This document shows, one piece after another, positions 37,531 through 51,766 of a stretch of DNA of 64,000 nucleotides. Under the pieces are notes generated by a model. The model ran no database searches, was not told the DNA's origin, and worked only from the letters and a program-made list of their open reading frames with translations. The position numbers were made by a program, and so were the translations under genes. The stretch covers positions 49,234,401 through 49,298,400 of the forward strand of contig CM120641.1 in the NCBI GenBank assembly GCA_051362555.1. The letters run 5' to 3'. Every line of letters starts with the position of its first letter. The first letter of the stretch is position 1. Origin of the DNA: Lingula anatina (taxonomy: Eukaryota; Animalia; Brachiopoda).

Positions 37531-37700
37531 TGGCATTGTGATCAGTGTCTACTCACGGAGCAGGAAGACATGGGTTTGACCCATCTGGGGACATACCAGT
37601 ACTTTCATAAATGGTACCTGCCATCTCCCCTCATGGGCCTCCATATTTAGGGATGGCAGCAGGGGTACAATACCAGGTCTGGCAGTAAGTGATGGTGTTA
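37531..37700 (+). mobile_element. Degenerate tRNA-derived SINE (possibly Meta-domain type)
   Basis: A-box-like tggcattgtgatcagtg and B-box-like gggtttgaccc, followed by 'cataccagtactttcataaatggtacctgcc', which resembles a conserved SINE central domain. Confidence 0.45.
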
Positions 37701-38469
37701 GTTTGTTAGCTTTCAGCACCCAACACAACACCCAGGCTGTATCATCCCCAGAGTCACAAAAGACGACACCTGGATCAGAGTCAAAACTAACCAGGTGTAC
37801 GTATACTGTAAACCAAGCTGAGAGGCATGTGGAGAGTGGTATACAAGAACTGAATTTTACTTTTAAATATATTTCAAAGCTTCAAATGTTTGTTGGTAAT
37901 AAAAGCATTCCAAATGAAGTTATATAACATCTTTTTATCAAGTCATTCTACATGTTTTTAGTCAAACTAGATATATTAATTGTCACAAGAAAATATAATT
38001 TAAATTTTAGTTAAAATAATTTAATTCTTTAGAATATCTAGGTTTAACAAAAACTTGTTACAATGCTTACTTGCTAGATTCAATTTCAAATGAGAATACA
38101 GATTCAGACAAAGTCATAGCTGCTGTCATTTTTCAGGGTTTTACTCAGAGCCAATATAATACCAATAATTAGTTATTTACAGGTGTATGACAGGATGCCC
38201 TGGAAATCTGTACCACCATTAAACTGTATACTTGGTGAGTCTTTATAATAAATATATATACACTGCAGAGAAATATGTACATTTGGAAACCCCACTGTGG
38301 ACAGAATACAGAGTAAGATGAAATGTTGTTATGCAATAAACATGTTGTCCTCTTTGTAACAATATCTACAGTATACGCAATACAACAACAAATAAAATGT
38401 TATGCAATTTTTTAAAATATTCCCTTCTCAAACGTGTCAAAATTACTAACACAAAGAGCGGGTGGTTCA

Positions 38470-41400
38470 TTACACTATAGAGGCGTCTTCATAATGCCCC
38501 AGTGGGGTGCCATCCACACTTTGGATCTGAGGAGGAGTGTCAGTGGCTTCCTTTTTCTTTTTTCTCCTTGGAGAAGTGACCACATTCTGAGCAGCATTGT
38601 CCAAGTCTGACAGAAAGTTATTGTGCAGATGCTGGGTGTGTGGCCCTGGGGTCTGGGGGTTATTTGTATGATCTGCAGTTTGATCTTGGTGATCTGCTGG
38701 GTCACCACTAGGTGGCTGATCTGACTGAATGTCTGTATTTTTGGAAACAGCTTTCTTCTTTATTTTCTTCTTTTTTGGTTTAACAGCTGTATCTGTTCCC
38801 TCAACATCAGGCTGGGTCACACCGGGGGTCACACCACTGGTGTCCTCACTGCTTGCCACCACCTCACTGGATGCTACAGATTTCTTCCTTTTCTTCTTCT
38901 TCTTATTTCCATCTTGTGGAATGGTTTCACTCTCAATATGCAATGAGGCAGTTGTTTCATTGACAGCAAACTCTTGTCCATGGTCTGCATTATTGTCAAT
39001 ATTAGCCTCAGCATCCTGTGGAAGTGACTGCTGCACCTTTTTCTTCTTCTTCTTTTTCTTAATTTTAGCCACTGCTGCCACTGCCACCAACCCAGCCCCA
39101 GTGGCTATGGGTTCTGTAGCCACAGCCTCCTCAACTTGTGACATGTCAATACTAACAGAACCATCAGCAGCCGGCTTATTTACTTCCGTTGTCGGATTTT
39201 CAGCTTTATGGGATACTTTCTTTTTTGGAACAGTTTCATCTTTTATTTCCACCTCTGCAAGGGGTACCTGTCTGGTCACTAAGTCATTTGCTTGTTGGGT
39301 TGGTTGGTCTTGCTCTTGGTTGAGGGATTCGGGAACTAAACCAGATGCCTTTTCATGTCCTGGTTGAAGATTTTGTTGGTTTGCTGCCGAGGGTTCCACA
39401 TTTGGAAAAGTTGCAGAGTTTGAAGCCTCCTCAGCTGGCAAACTTTCTACCTCTGTCTGGTTGCTAGATGTCTGGGATTTTTTCTTGGATTTTCTCTTCT
39501 TTTTGCTTGTATTTTGAATTTCTTGAGGTAACACACTATCATTTTCATTTGACTGTTGGTTACCATCTACAGGGGGTAATTCCTGATCAATTTTATCTGT
39601 GTGTACATTTGCTTGACTTAAACTAGGTAACTGCAATGTCTGTGATGAATCTTTTGAATCCTCTACAGAGACCTCAACTGCATCAGCTGTTGTCCCTGGC
39701 CCTTGTTCAGTGTGGTCAGGATGAGTGGTTTGTTCTCCTTCAGTATTTGGTGCAGGATCCAAATTGGGTACACTTAAGGTGTCACCTGTCACATAGCCCT
39801 CTGGTGCAGTACTTTCAACTGCACTTTCCTTCTCTTCTTCAATATTTGAAGCTATTGCAGCATCAACCACACTGGATACTAAAGTCTTCTTCTTCTTTTT
39901 CTTTTTTGGTTTTATGCTGCTGGTATCAGTAGCATCAACAGAGCCATTTTCTTCAGCACTGTGTTCTGCCATAGCTACTGATAGTAATGCCTTGGTTATC
40001 TTTTTCTTTATTTTTTTCTTTTTCTTATGCCCTTTACCTGATTCCTCTTCTTCTATGGTTGAAGCAAGAGTTTTGGCAGATTTTGGGCTCAAAAAGTTGC
40101 TGCCAGTATAAAGGTTTACACTTGCCATTCCTGGCTCTGGTGTGGCACTGGGGGTGGCCGTTGTCATTTGTATCCTTGGGGAGGCACCAGGGGGACGGGT
40201 GTCTGGAGTTGATGTTAAGGAATCAACTTTGGGCTTGGCCATCTTTTGTAGCCACATTGTTTTCTTTACATTGTTGTCTGTTATTTCTTTCTTTTTCTTC
40301 TCCAGCCATTTTGAAGCCCTTGCCTTGCTAGGTTCTACTACTTTTCTTTCTTCTTTAGGACTGCTTGGTGGTGTGTACAGCACTTTCTCAGGGGGAGGGG
40401 TATAAGGGGGGATGTAGACTTCAGGCTCCACCGGCTTCGTTGTTGTGCTATTTCTGGATTGGAATGGTTCTGGGGTCATCATACTGACATAGTGTTCCTG
40501 ATGATCTATAGGCTTACTTTCTTCCATTCTCCATTCTACCAGACCACGGTTTTGTATCATTTGGGTGGGGTCTGGCATTCCCAGAGGTGTAAACAGAGGT
40601 CTGGATTCCTTCATGTAAGGCCAATCTGCTCGCCTTTCTTTCACTATCTGTGCACTATCTGGAATGTTGTCTGGGGAAAGTTCCAGATGTTGCTGTATGG
40701 CATTGGTTCCTTTCTGTTGTGGAACAGGGGAGCTAGAGGGACTTATGGCAGTTGGCATGTACTCTTTCAAAGGATTCTCATAGTGGGAGTGGGGTGGGTA
40801 CATTAATACCTCTGGTGTACTTGGCTTTTCCTCTGGGTTACTGGGAAGGGGGTAAAACTGGTCAGGTGAAATTAGTGTTTTATATCTTTCACTCAATCGA
40901 AGGGGTGGCTTTTCCATGTTCCATTCTTGTAAACCCCTGTTTTTAATCATCTGCACAGGGTCTGGCATGTCAAAAGGGGTAATGAGTCCCCTCTGGCTGT
41001 GTTCCCAGGGCCATTCATGTGGGGAGTCTGGGGGTCTTCTCTGCTGGTTATCGTCCACAGGGGAATTGTACCCGTGGTGTACTGATACCTTAGGGTCAGC
41101 ATAAGGTGTTTCTGATGCACTGATAGGTCTATCAACTAGGTTCTTCAGTGGGTTGTATGGTTTATCTTTCTCTGGTGTCATTCTGTCACCTGGTTTGAAG
41201 TGTTGTGTGGGATCAACAGCAAACAGTGGTGTGAAGAGCTGTGGACGACCCTTGGTCACCTGGTCTTGTTCATCTGGAACCATCTCTGTTGGACTCATAG
41301 GCTTCCCTTGGAAATCTTTCATTTTTGTTATAGGCTCTGCTGGCTTGATCCTCTGACAAGGTTCAAGAGCACACATGGGAGTGAGAAGTTGGCGATTATT

Positions 41401-44400
41401 TCCTGGATGTTTATCAGGCTGGGGGAATTCATTTCCGATGGGAGTAAAAACAGGAACATTGTAATATTCTGAGGGGAAAATTTCATCATCATCATCTTCA
41501 AATGATGGAAGTGAGACATCAGAAACGGGAGATAAACGATCACCATCTTCTATAAATTCTGTTGGTGACAGTGCTGGCCCATATGTCTGTCTGTCACTGC
41601 AAGGTTCAGGAGAGTGAGTCGGAGTAAATGTTTGGAAATTTAAGTTCTGAACAAAGTTAGGGAGATTCTTACGTAGACGAGGATCATTTGGTTTTATTAA
41701 CAGAGCATCGTCATAAAATGGTGTCATTACATTTTGAAGTCGAGCATGGTCCTCAACTTCTGTGGCTTCATTATCAACTTGTATTGGTGTAAACATACCT
41801 TCCTGTAACATGAAAGGATCTATGTTAACAAAGGGGTCTGGTGTGGGGGGTGGTGGCTTCTCAGGAACTGGAGAGGGGGGTGGGGAATCTGCTGGTCTTC
41901 TTTCAGGTTCAGGAGAATGAGTGATAAAACGGTCTTGGTTTAAATTTAGCCTGGTGCCATAAACAGTATGGACATCTTCTGATAGTGGAGTGAAGCAGCG
42001 GTCAAGATCAGCAGAACACTTCAGCGGGTTTATGCTAGATCTCATCAGAAGTGGGTCTGGCTGTAAAATAGTGGGTGTGAATATTCTGTTATCATTCACA
42101 GTATTAAATGATGAGGTTTCATTAAACTGTTCTGTTGGACTAGCCACAGGCCTACCCAATGGCAGAGTGGGCAAGCGACGATTCTTGATTTGAGAGTCAT
42201 CTGCCATGGCCATTGAAGAAAACAAACAGGCCCTCGCCATGACTGCCTCCTTATGCTCTTTTTCTGCTTCCAAATCTGGACTAACACTTTCAAAAGATTC
42301 CTTATCAGCACCTTCATTACTGTCATAAAATTCTTCTTTATCACTGACACTGTCATCAGTAATGTGCTGTGTGCGATCTGGTTCATGAAATGGGGTGAAC
42401 ATCTGCCTGTCTTTGAAGATTGTCTTCCACTCAGAAGGTTTCTTAGCTCTGGGAGCAGGCCCTGGTGATGTGGATGGACTAATGACTTGTCTCGCCCTCT
42501 GCTGATTGACTGCAATTGTGGTTGGAGAAAGAGGCTTCTGATAATCAGAAAAGGCAATTGGCATTTTTTCTGCAACATGGATTTCTCTGGTTGAAACATC
42601 AGATGCTGCACCATCTCTATCACTGATTGTATGCGTTGCATGTACATGGTCTTCTGTTGATGGTGTTTGGGGGGCTTGTCCTTCCTCTGGCCTAGTGGTC
42701 TCTAAATTTTTTCCCATGATGGAACCTGCATTGCCTTCATAGAAAGGTGTAAATAGCGATCTGTCTCCAAAGATCATCCTCCATTCTGTTTTTTTATCTG
42801 TATTATTGACAAACATGGGGATTGCTGAGATAGAAGGAGACATAATTTGAAGTCTGCTTTGGTCTGACATAAGCTGAGATGTTGGACTGTCTGCTTTACT
42901 GATGGGTTCCATGTTGTGATCACTTATGCCGTGGATATTTTCAGTATCGCATCCAGATTGGGATATTGCCTGAGATGGGTCTGTCATCTGAAGTGGAGTG
43001 AACATAGGTCTATCTTCCAGGATTAGTGCTGCCTTCACATCTTTCTTCTTCCTTGGTGGAGGCACTGGAGATATTGTTGGTGTCATCAACTGACGCTGAC
43101 GTTGCTCTTGACTTTTTATATATGCTGGGGATACAGATTGTTTGGCAAGAGACATAGCTCTCATTTCCTCAAAGATTTTTTCTTCGTCTGTTTCAGGTAT
43201 TGTTTGTTCAATACTTTCTTCTTTTACTGCCTGAGATGTTGGTGTAACTGGTTTACTTATGGGTTCCATGTTGTGATCATTTATGCCATGGATATTTTCA
43301 GTGTCAAATTCAGACTGGGAAACTGCTTGAGATGGGTCTGTCATCTGAAGTGGAGTGAACAATGGTCTATCTTCCAAGATTAATGCTGCCTTCACATCTT
43401 TCTTCTTCCTTGGTGGAGGCACTGGAGATATTGTTGGTGTCATCAACTGACGCTGACGTTGCTCTTGACATTTTATATATGTTGGTGATGAGGAGTGTTT
43501 GGCAAGAGACATAGCTATTTTTTCCTCAAGGATTTTGTCTTCATCAGTTTCAGGTATTGTTTGTTCAATACTTTTTATCTTTATAGTTTGAGAAGGATCA
43601 ACATCAGCAAGAGGTGTAAAAACAGGCTTGTCTCTATCTGCTGGAGTCCATTTTGCGGCAGAGGACTTGATCTCTCTCTTGCTTCTAGGTGGGGGCACTG
43701 GAGATGTACTTGGGCTCAGCAGTGGTCTTACCTTCTGATCTTCAAAAATGACAGATGATGGTGTGGCTGTATTTTTGGTTTCTTTTGATGACCCGGCCTC
43801 CTTCTGAGGTTTTTCATTTTGCTGTTCATGTCTGCTAATTTGGGACTTTTTGGCCTGACTGCAAACTCTGTTCATTTCTTCCAACTCATCCTCTGCAAGC
43901 TTCATTAGTTCTTCTTCAATTTCATCAATTCCGATGGTAGAATCAGTCATTGTACTGAGATTGTCATCCTCTGGCATAGTTTGCAGTGGAAATCCTTCCA
44001 AGTAGGGTGATGACTGTTTTCGCTCTAGTATTATCTCTGCCATGTGTTGTGGCACTGGTGTTTCTCCAGGACTGAACATCATGTTGTGTACCCTGGTGGT
44101 GGCACTTGGAGCCAGTTTCTCTGAGAGATCAACAGACACTTCTTCTGTGGCAGGTGGTTCTTTTACAGACTGTGACAGAGGTACAGTGACCTCTTTTATT
44201 GGGCTAGATACAATTTCCTTGTGGATTTTCATTTCAGCTATATCCATTGGAATAGGAGTATCACCACTTGAAAAAAGTGTCCTATCTAAATTCTGCCTCT
44301 GTGTGTTCAGTGTGTGAGGTACAGCAGTTGGGGTCATGACAGACCTGTATACAGGGGTGGGCACCCTTATCTCTTCTGGCAGAGGGGTGTGTGCTGGGGT

Positions 44401-47400
44401 CAGGATTTGGCAGTCCACATCCCATCGCAAATATTCCTGCCAAGCTGGCTGTACATTCCGAGCTCTTTCAGTTGGTGAGAATACTGGACGGTAGTCGTCA
44501 TTTGGCCCAGGAATGGGGACAAAGCTGGTGTCCACTACCATTGCGGTGGTCATCAATTCTTGATGAGTAATCTTTTTCATTCTTGGTGGGCAGCTTAAGG
44601 CTCGTCTGAATTTGAAGTCATCTCGCGGCAATTCTGGCAACTCGCACGCCACAGACATGTCTCTGACGGCCATCAGGCCATCCCATTCAGCCCAGTCATG
44701 GATGATACCACTGTCAAAACTCTTTTTGCGTTTTCCCTTGCGTTTGACCTTCTGGTCATCATACTCTTCCTCCTCTTCCTCCTCCTCCTCCTTGATCCTC
44801 TCTACATCGGAGTCGTCACATTCATCAGGGGTGTGTCCATGGTAGCCACAGTTATCACAGTAAGTCTTCAGTAAATAACAATCCTTGTGGGAGTGCTCTG
44901 TGGATTTACAATACTTGCAGATAGGGCAATCACGGCTTTTGTGCCCTTCTTCTTTACAATGTTTACACACAACTGCTACTTCTTCCTTCTTCTTTTTCTT
45001 CTTGACAGGAGGAGTTTCATTGTTTAACCTGTACTTGAAATGCATCAGGTTTTCTTTCATTTTTGCTAAGTGTTTTCCTATTGTTGCAAGGTCCAAGAAA
45101 ACCATTAGGCCAAGCATGCCCCCAACCAGTGCCATGGGAACAGTTGCCGTGGCAACAACTACTTCCACTGCAGCCTCCACTGGTACTATGACTGGCGCCT
45201 TTACTGACACAGTTGTTTGTGTACCTACAATGAAATTTTGTCAATGACAGTGAGGATTGAAGGGTTGAAAATATCTTTGATGCAATTAGGTCCATTTTAA
45301 GTTTTAAACTAGACAGGAAAATAAGTGAATAATTAAATATACGGTAACCTATTACAGAGAAAAGCCTTTTTCATAGTGTCAGAGTGGTTTTAATGCATAT
45401 TATATACAAAAACAAACTACTAGGTCTCCTTTCACTCCTTGGCAGTTGCAAGAAAAAGTTGTCTAAACTACAAGAACTGCAAATCTTACAAATGCTTGCT
45501 TACAGAGACAACTTTCTAGGACTCCAATACATTGCTGGCAGTGAACTTAGCCATGCCTCCTAACTTAAACACACTCTGACATAATTCCAGGGATTTGAGT
45601 CCTACAAGTACCTTGACAGTTTGGCAAACTGCTGGGGCTCCATCCGCTATCTACACATCTAACAGTTCTCTCTGTGCTACCATCTGGGAACATGGTACCA
45701 TTGGTCTGACATGTGTATGTGGCTGTGTCTCCATATAGCTGTCCACTGGCTACCACACTCATATTATTATACACTGGCACAGTACCACATGACAGGACTG
45801 GAGAAAAAATACACATATATGGGATACTAAAGGCAATTCTGCAATCATCAATTATATTTTTGTTAATTTCTTTTTAAATTGTGTCAGTTTTCAAAAGTTA
45901 TAAACAAAGCCTTTTGAAAACTTTTCCTACAGGTCAATGTGAATATTGTTCTAATCTTTGGAAAAGACTGTGATGTTGACAAGTATATTAGTTTAGAAAC
46001 AAAAAGTGGTTGATATAAATTCCATACTTTGACAAGCCATTAAAGTGCCATTCCACTGCCCATAAAGGCACTGTATCTCCTGCACTTTTAACCCTGTGAC
46101 TGCGTTGGTATCATTGGGGAACCTGTACCCATCATCACATGTCAGTGTCACCTGTGAGTAAGCTATGGTGCCATTCCCTTCCACTGTGACGTGGGACATT
46201 GGCAGGATGCTTGGACACTGCACATATTTCTCTGGAAATAAGTAAAGCAAATAAATGAGAAACAAGCTGAAGATAAAAACAGTCATTATGAATTGCATTT
46301 GGGTCTTCAGTCTTAAAGATTACAAAAATTATTTAAGAGGAATATAACATATTGAATCTTGCACATACTTGCATATTTCTAAAGCATAACATTTTCATTT
46401 TCTTCAATAGTATACTATGAGACAGTAGTTCCCTTTTTCATTTCTTTTTATCTTTTCTCTCATTTCTATTCTGTGTTCATGTGTTCTGAGAGAAGCATTG
46501 TGGATAAATGATCCCATAGGTACAGCTGTCAGCACTTACTTTCACAAGATGGGACGACGGGATCCCACAGCCCATTCCCAATACACACTGCAGACTTGGT
46601 GGTATTTTCATCCGGGAACACATACCCAGCCAAGCACGTGTAGTTCACCTGGTCTCCTAACCCAGTGCTAGTGTAGTTCATGTAGGCGTCGGTCACCAGA
46701 GGGGGCGTGGTGCATCCAATAGCTGGCAGGATTGGAAAAATGATTTAGAGTACTTTGTAAATATTACCCAGTGAACAAACACATGGTTTTATCAACAAAA
46801 GGAACCAGTGGGTAATACCTGTTTGAAAGATGCAACTATTTAAGGAGAGTTTTCTGCAGTTCTTTACATTTGCTTCAGAGAACACCCATGCATACTTAAA
46901 CGACGGTACACTTACTTATACAAGCTGGTACTGCAGGCGTCCATTGTTTTGTATTATCACACTGGGTGTAGAAGTAGTAGTCTCCAGTTGAGAAGGTGTA
47001 CCCAAAGTTACAACCAAACCGTACGCTTGAGCCATACGTGGTGCTGGGATTGCTCCAGGACCAGCCATTTGCTATCACCGGGACGGCCACACAGTCTTTA
47101 ACTAGAATATAAGTTAACTCGTAAATATATTTCATCAAAGACTATTTCAGTGACCAGTCAGGTAAATCTGAAGATCAGAAGATTGTAGTGTTCACAAATA
47201 TAATTCCCAGACATGTAAATTAATTTGATTAGAGTCGATTGCTTGTGCACTCGACTCGTTTTATGGCCTTACCTGTAGTCATTTAACTTAAGTGGACGTG
47301 TGCAATTTGAATAATTAAAATTAGTATGCACCGCCAAATACTGCAGCACAGAATCCACCTATAGATAAGAAATACGTATAAAAGACGTCTAGAAATAATA

Positions 47401-49851
47401 TTGGGGGCAGACTGAAGAAGACTCGAAGGTGACCGCTCGACGGAGCTATGGGAGACGGCTTAGAAGTTGGAGGCTTCACGTATAGAACATGTAGTTAGAG
47501 ATCGTCAACCAATAAACCATTAAACTGGTCATTATGTGGACTTGGGTTTTCTTTGCGCGACCTCACGTAAATCTGACACGAACCGTGGAATTTTGAATTG
47601 CGTTATCCACTGAGTAAGTCTAAAACGTAATGTCCTATTTCGAGCCCACGCTTGAATTAAGCGTTCTAAATTATATAAGTTTAGGACATTCATCTCATAT
47701 GTATATGTAAAGGTACATAACAAGATACTGTTAAGAGATGGCATTTTGAAGCAAGTGTACTGATGATTCTTCAAAGACCTCAAAGGGTATGGAGAAGCTT
47801 TATAATTTCCAATGACCTGCTATCAGCGTGCTCATGAACAATATCTCATAATGCTTATCCTTAAATGACTCTGTGCTATGTATGTAAATTTACTTTCCCC
47901 ATGTCTGTGAAGGAGTCGCCTGTTAAAATTTGGCGGGAAGTTTGCTGTTCAAAGCATCCTTACACGTGCTTTGTAATAAAAGTAGGTCACGCATGTCTCT
48001 GATTGCGCAGCTTTATGTTTTCAAAAGTCAATTGAACTATTTCATAATGTTTTGTGACTCAAATATATCCCACTCATGATAAAAAATCCGGCCAATCGGC
48101 AAATAAGCGAACGCCCTGCGTACCAATTGTGGAGTTTAAAGCGTGGAGGGTTATACGTATAACGTGAGGTGGCGTAGCGGCAAGATAGAGAGCGTACTAG
48201 AATGATAGTAACACTTTGCTAGCCTTTCGTGGACTTTAACAATAATACAGAATCTTTACTTATGACACCCTATATGTAAAGGTTCTTCGCTAAATTTCCG
48301 TGGTATGTGTGAGCTAAAATGCAAACGAAACCTATGCAGTGCCGCCTTTTACCGATACAAAATTGGGTGACTTGTAAAACAGATCTCTTCCAAAGAAATG
48401 CATTTAAATCATGAGGTTTAAAAAAAGACAAAAAAAAAATCGGCTTTAGGAATAGATATTCTAAAAGTGATTCAAAATCTGTGATGAGAGTAGGCCTACA
48501 TGTAGGCCTCAATATTTACAGACTTTCTTTAGCATTTGTTCGAAACTTAAAGTTGGACTTATTATAGAGTTCAAGTGAAGGTGCATAACTCACTGCGGCA
48601 GTCCGACAGCGTCTCATTCCAGAGGGCGCTGGTGTTACAGGCGACTGTCATTGTGGTCTCATTGTTGGTGAACTCGTAGCCTATGTCACAGGTATACTGT
48701 AGGGTAGAGAAGACAAGGCCATCTGTGGTCCCTTGACTGCCCCGCTGTATGGTCTGCGGCGTAGGGCAACTTTTTACTGGAAACAGAGCAAAAAATGTTG
48801 GAGATGTAAAATTGTATTTTTCCAATCTTATTCAATGGAATGATATCAAAAATCTTTACTAAATTATTCTTGTCAATGTTAATATGTGTCCACTAGTGTG
48901 TTGCATTGTTTACCATTTTGTTTCATAACATTATATTAGGAATCAATTATATTTTAATATTACTGTCACATTTTCTTCTAAATGAATGTTTATTGTGCTG
49001 AATATACAGCACCACCTACATGAACACGCAGGGAGGGTGTCATTCCACAGAACACTTTCATTACAAGCAATGGACATGGATTCTACACCGAGAGAGAACT
49101 GGTAACCCGTGTCACAGTCATATGTTACTATGGAACCCACGATGACTGACGTGTAGGGTTGGATGGAGGCGTGGCTTACTGCAGGAGGGGCGGTGCAGTT
49201 CATCTCTGAAATTCCAAGACTGTGATATAGACTAGGATACAATTATGCTATAAGACTGTGATATTGGCTCCTACACTATTTATAAAATGTCATGGTTCTT
49301 CATACAATATAATATGATTGTTGTATTACAGGCTAGGTTTATACAATAAATTAAAGTATGTACAATATAATCATACTTGTAATATACCATGCAAGCTGTA
49401 TTTAGCATGACGATCGTGATATTATAAAAGTTTACTCAATACTGCGATTGTACTTCAAGTTTATGCAGTATTACATTAACGACAATACAAAATTTAATTT
49501 AATGTGTGTGTCTGGGGGGGGGGGAGGGGGAGCATATACATCTTTAAGATACTTTAACTTTAAAATACACACAGCATGCTTTCCTCTACTGTTATCTACA
49601 TTTACCCTAACTAAGTACACTTTCATATCGATACCATAAATGTTATAATTCCATCAGACAGATACTACCCGTACCTATGCAGTCGGCAATGACTGGGAGC
49701 CAAGTGCCCGAATCCTGGCACACAGATATTTGAGACGTCACCCCGGCACTGAAGATGTACCCAGGGTTACACACGTACCCCACGGCTGACCCCACGATCA
49801 CTGACGTGCTGTTATGGGCGGCGTGACTGAATGTTGGGACACTGGGACAGA
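38470..49851 (-). CDS. Multi-Sushi/CCP type-I membrane protein with cytoplasmic triple CCHC zinc knuckle and giant disordered tail (5' end not found)
   Basis: Seven phase 1-1 exons, each one CCP module (C-P...Y-C-x-x-G-Y-F...C...W...C): 49675-49851, 49020-49205, 48594-48776, 46916-47101, 46540-46722, 46028-46231, 45612-45797. These splice in frame to a 6755-bp terminal exon 38470-45224 encoding TM VVVATATVPMALVGGMLGLMVFL, three CX2CX4HX4C motifs and a P/S/T/E/K-rich tail. Confidence 0.88.
42880..43575 (-). repeat. 357-bp (119-aa) in-frame tandem duplication within the giant exon
   Basis: SIEQTIPETDE...QEQRQRQLMTPTISPVPPPRKKKDVKAALILEDRP.FTPLQMTDPSQA...DHNMEPISK occurs twice; DNA anchors at 43091 and 43448. 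Confidence 0.9.
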
Positions 49852-51156
49852 CTGAAAAACAAACAGATATATTAGAATATGTCACCTCAGTGAGCACCTG
49901 TTTCTTCAATGTAATTAACATGGTTATTGATTACCTTCCTTATTCACATGGATATCAAACCACAGCGTATTTTTCAACCTCGGGCATAAAACCGATAACT
50001 GTCGAATTCTGCGGTTTCGAATTTCCACATGTCCGCGGTTATAGGATTGTAACCATCGACAGCGTTTAGTTCAAGTTTCCCGCGTTAGTCACAAACGCTC
50101 AATGCACCGTCCAAATTTTGAGCAGTATCAAGAGCTATGTGACATTGTTGATAGAGCCGCCTGGTTCCCGCACTTCCTGACGCCGTATTTGAAAATAATC
50201 TTTAATCTTTAATTAGAAATAACTTTGAGAGTAACGCGGAATGGGCCAATTGTAAATCATCCTTTACAGTAATAATATTCACTGCTGCCGACAGGAAAAC
50301 GTTTATATCATGGCAACAACTACAGTTCAGTTATGAACCAGAAAACTTTGGAGTAAAGATCGAGGCGCTAACCAACATACTGGTATTTTTTAAAGATACG
50401 TACAAGCCAGCTTAGATTTCCTGAAACGCATATGAATCACTATAACCATTTTTTTAAAACATTAATTAAGTCCACGCGACAAAGTATAATCCAAATTATT
50501 CACTCGGTCTGCAAAAAATAAAAAATAGAATAAATAAATAAATAAACTCTAAAACTGCATTTTCTGCAATTTCTGGCCGTAAACTTGGCGTATGTATCCG
50601 TTCCTACAGTTCTTTAAAGTTTGCCAAAAGCAGTTTAGTAGTAATTATATTTCGTACAATAGTATTATTATTCTAATGAGAACTGGCGGTAACGGCCGTA
50701 GATATCTATTGCTCAGGAAGTAAGCGACAAATACCATTTCTAGGACTAATAAAACGAAACCCTATGTCACTTCTTTAAGTTATACTATTTGAAACAGTTT
50801 GATGGCATTTGTTGTGTTAAGTGACAATGACCTGATACGTCTTCTGGCTTTGTAGGCGCCTGTGCCTCTTAAGTAATAATTTAAGATATTCTACTAAGAG
50901 ATTTTATGGAATTCACTATAAAAGTAATGGATGGGTTTCAGCTCTGTTGAAAGTCAGACCGAATGGAGGTCACGAGTGGACATTTAGAATGGAGCTAGGG
51001 CGAGTTTGAAAATTAAACTACCACATTTTGAGCTTGAGGGAGTGGGTGTGTCCAGTGGGTGTGTCCAGTGGGCGTATCCATATCAGACAGACCCGAGGCG
51101 TCAGCCGAGAGGCAAACATCACTTTGACATGGGGGCAGTTATGAGGATGACACTGA

Positions 51157-51617
51157 CCAAAGAAAGGTGTAGATATCTACCCAGAGCAAAGTGAAAGTAA
51201 CATACGTGTACTAGTACGTGTATATTTTCACTGATTTAAGGTTATATACATGTATAAAATGTGAAAAACAGCCAAAGAAAGGCGTAGAAATTTACCCAGA
51301 GCAAAGTGAAAGTAACATACGTGTACTAGTACGTGTATATTTTCACTGATTTAAGGTTATATACATGTATAAAATGTGAAAAACAGCCAAAGAAAGGCGT
51401 AGAAATTTACCCAGAGCAAAGTGAAAGTAACATACGTGTACTAGTACGTGTATATTTTCACTGATTTAAGGTTATATACATGTATAAAATGTGAAAAACA
51501 GCCAAAGAAAGGCGTAGAAATTTACCCAGAGCAAAGTGAAAGTAACATACGTGTACTAGTACGTGTATATTTTCACTGATTTAAGGTTATATACATGTAT
51601 GAAACGTGAAAAACAGC
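51157..51617. repeat. 115-bp x4 tandem repeat
   Basis: 'ccaaagaaagg' at 51157, 51272, 51387 and 51502. The unit contains palindromes gtactagtac and tatacatgtata. Confidence 0.93.
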
Positions 51618-51766
51618 GAGGGAGGCACCCCTTTTCTTTAAACAGAGTTGTTTACTTCCAGTGTTCATGTTCACAAGACAGAACAACTCTGCCTCATATA
51701 ACTTCGTATGATAATGAGCAAACTTTGGGAATGCGCAGTGGTGAGAAAGAGAATGTTGGGACACCC

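Noticed and set aside
44800-44975. Zinc knuckles as part of an inserted retroelement Gag
   Set aside because: No LTR, TSD, protease or RT nearby, and the knuckles are in frame between the TM helix and a 2100-aa host tail. An ancient origin from a TE remains possible.
38729-45247. Many plus-strand ORFs (e.g. 212 aa at 38729-39367) with poly-Phe/Ser
   Set aside because: Antisense shadows of the Lys/Glu-rich giant exon.
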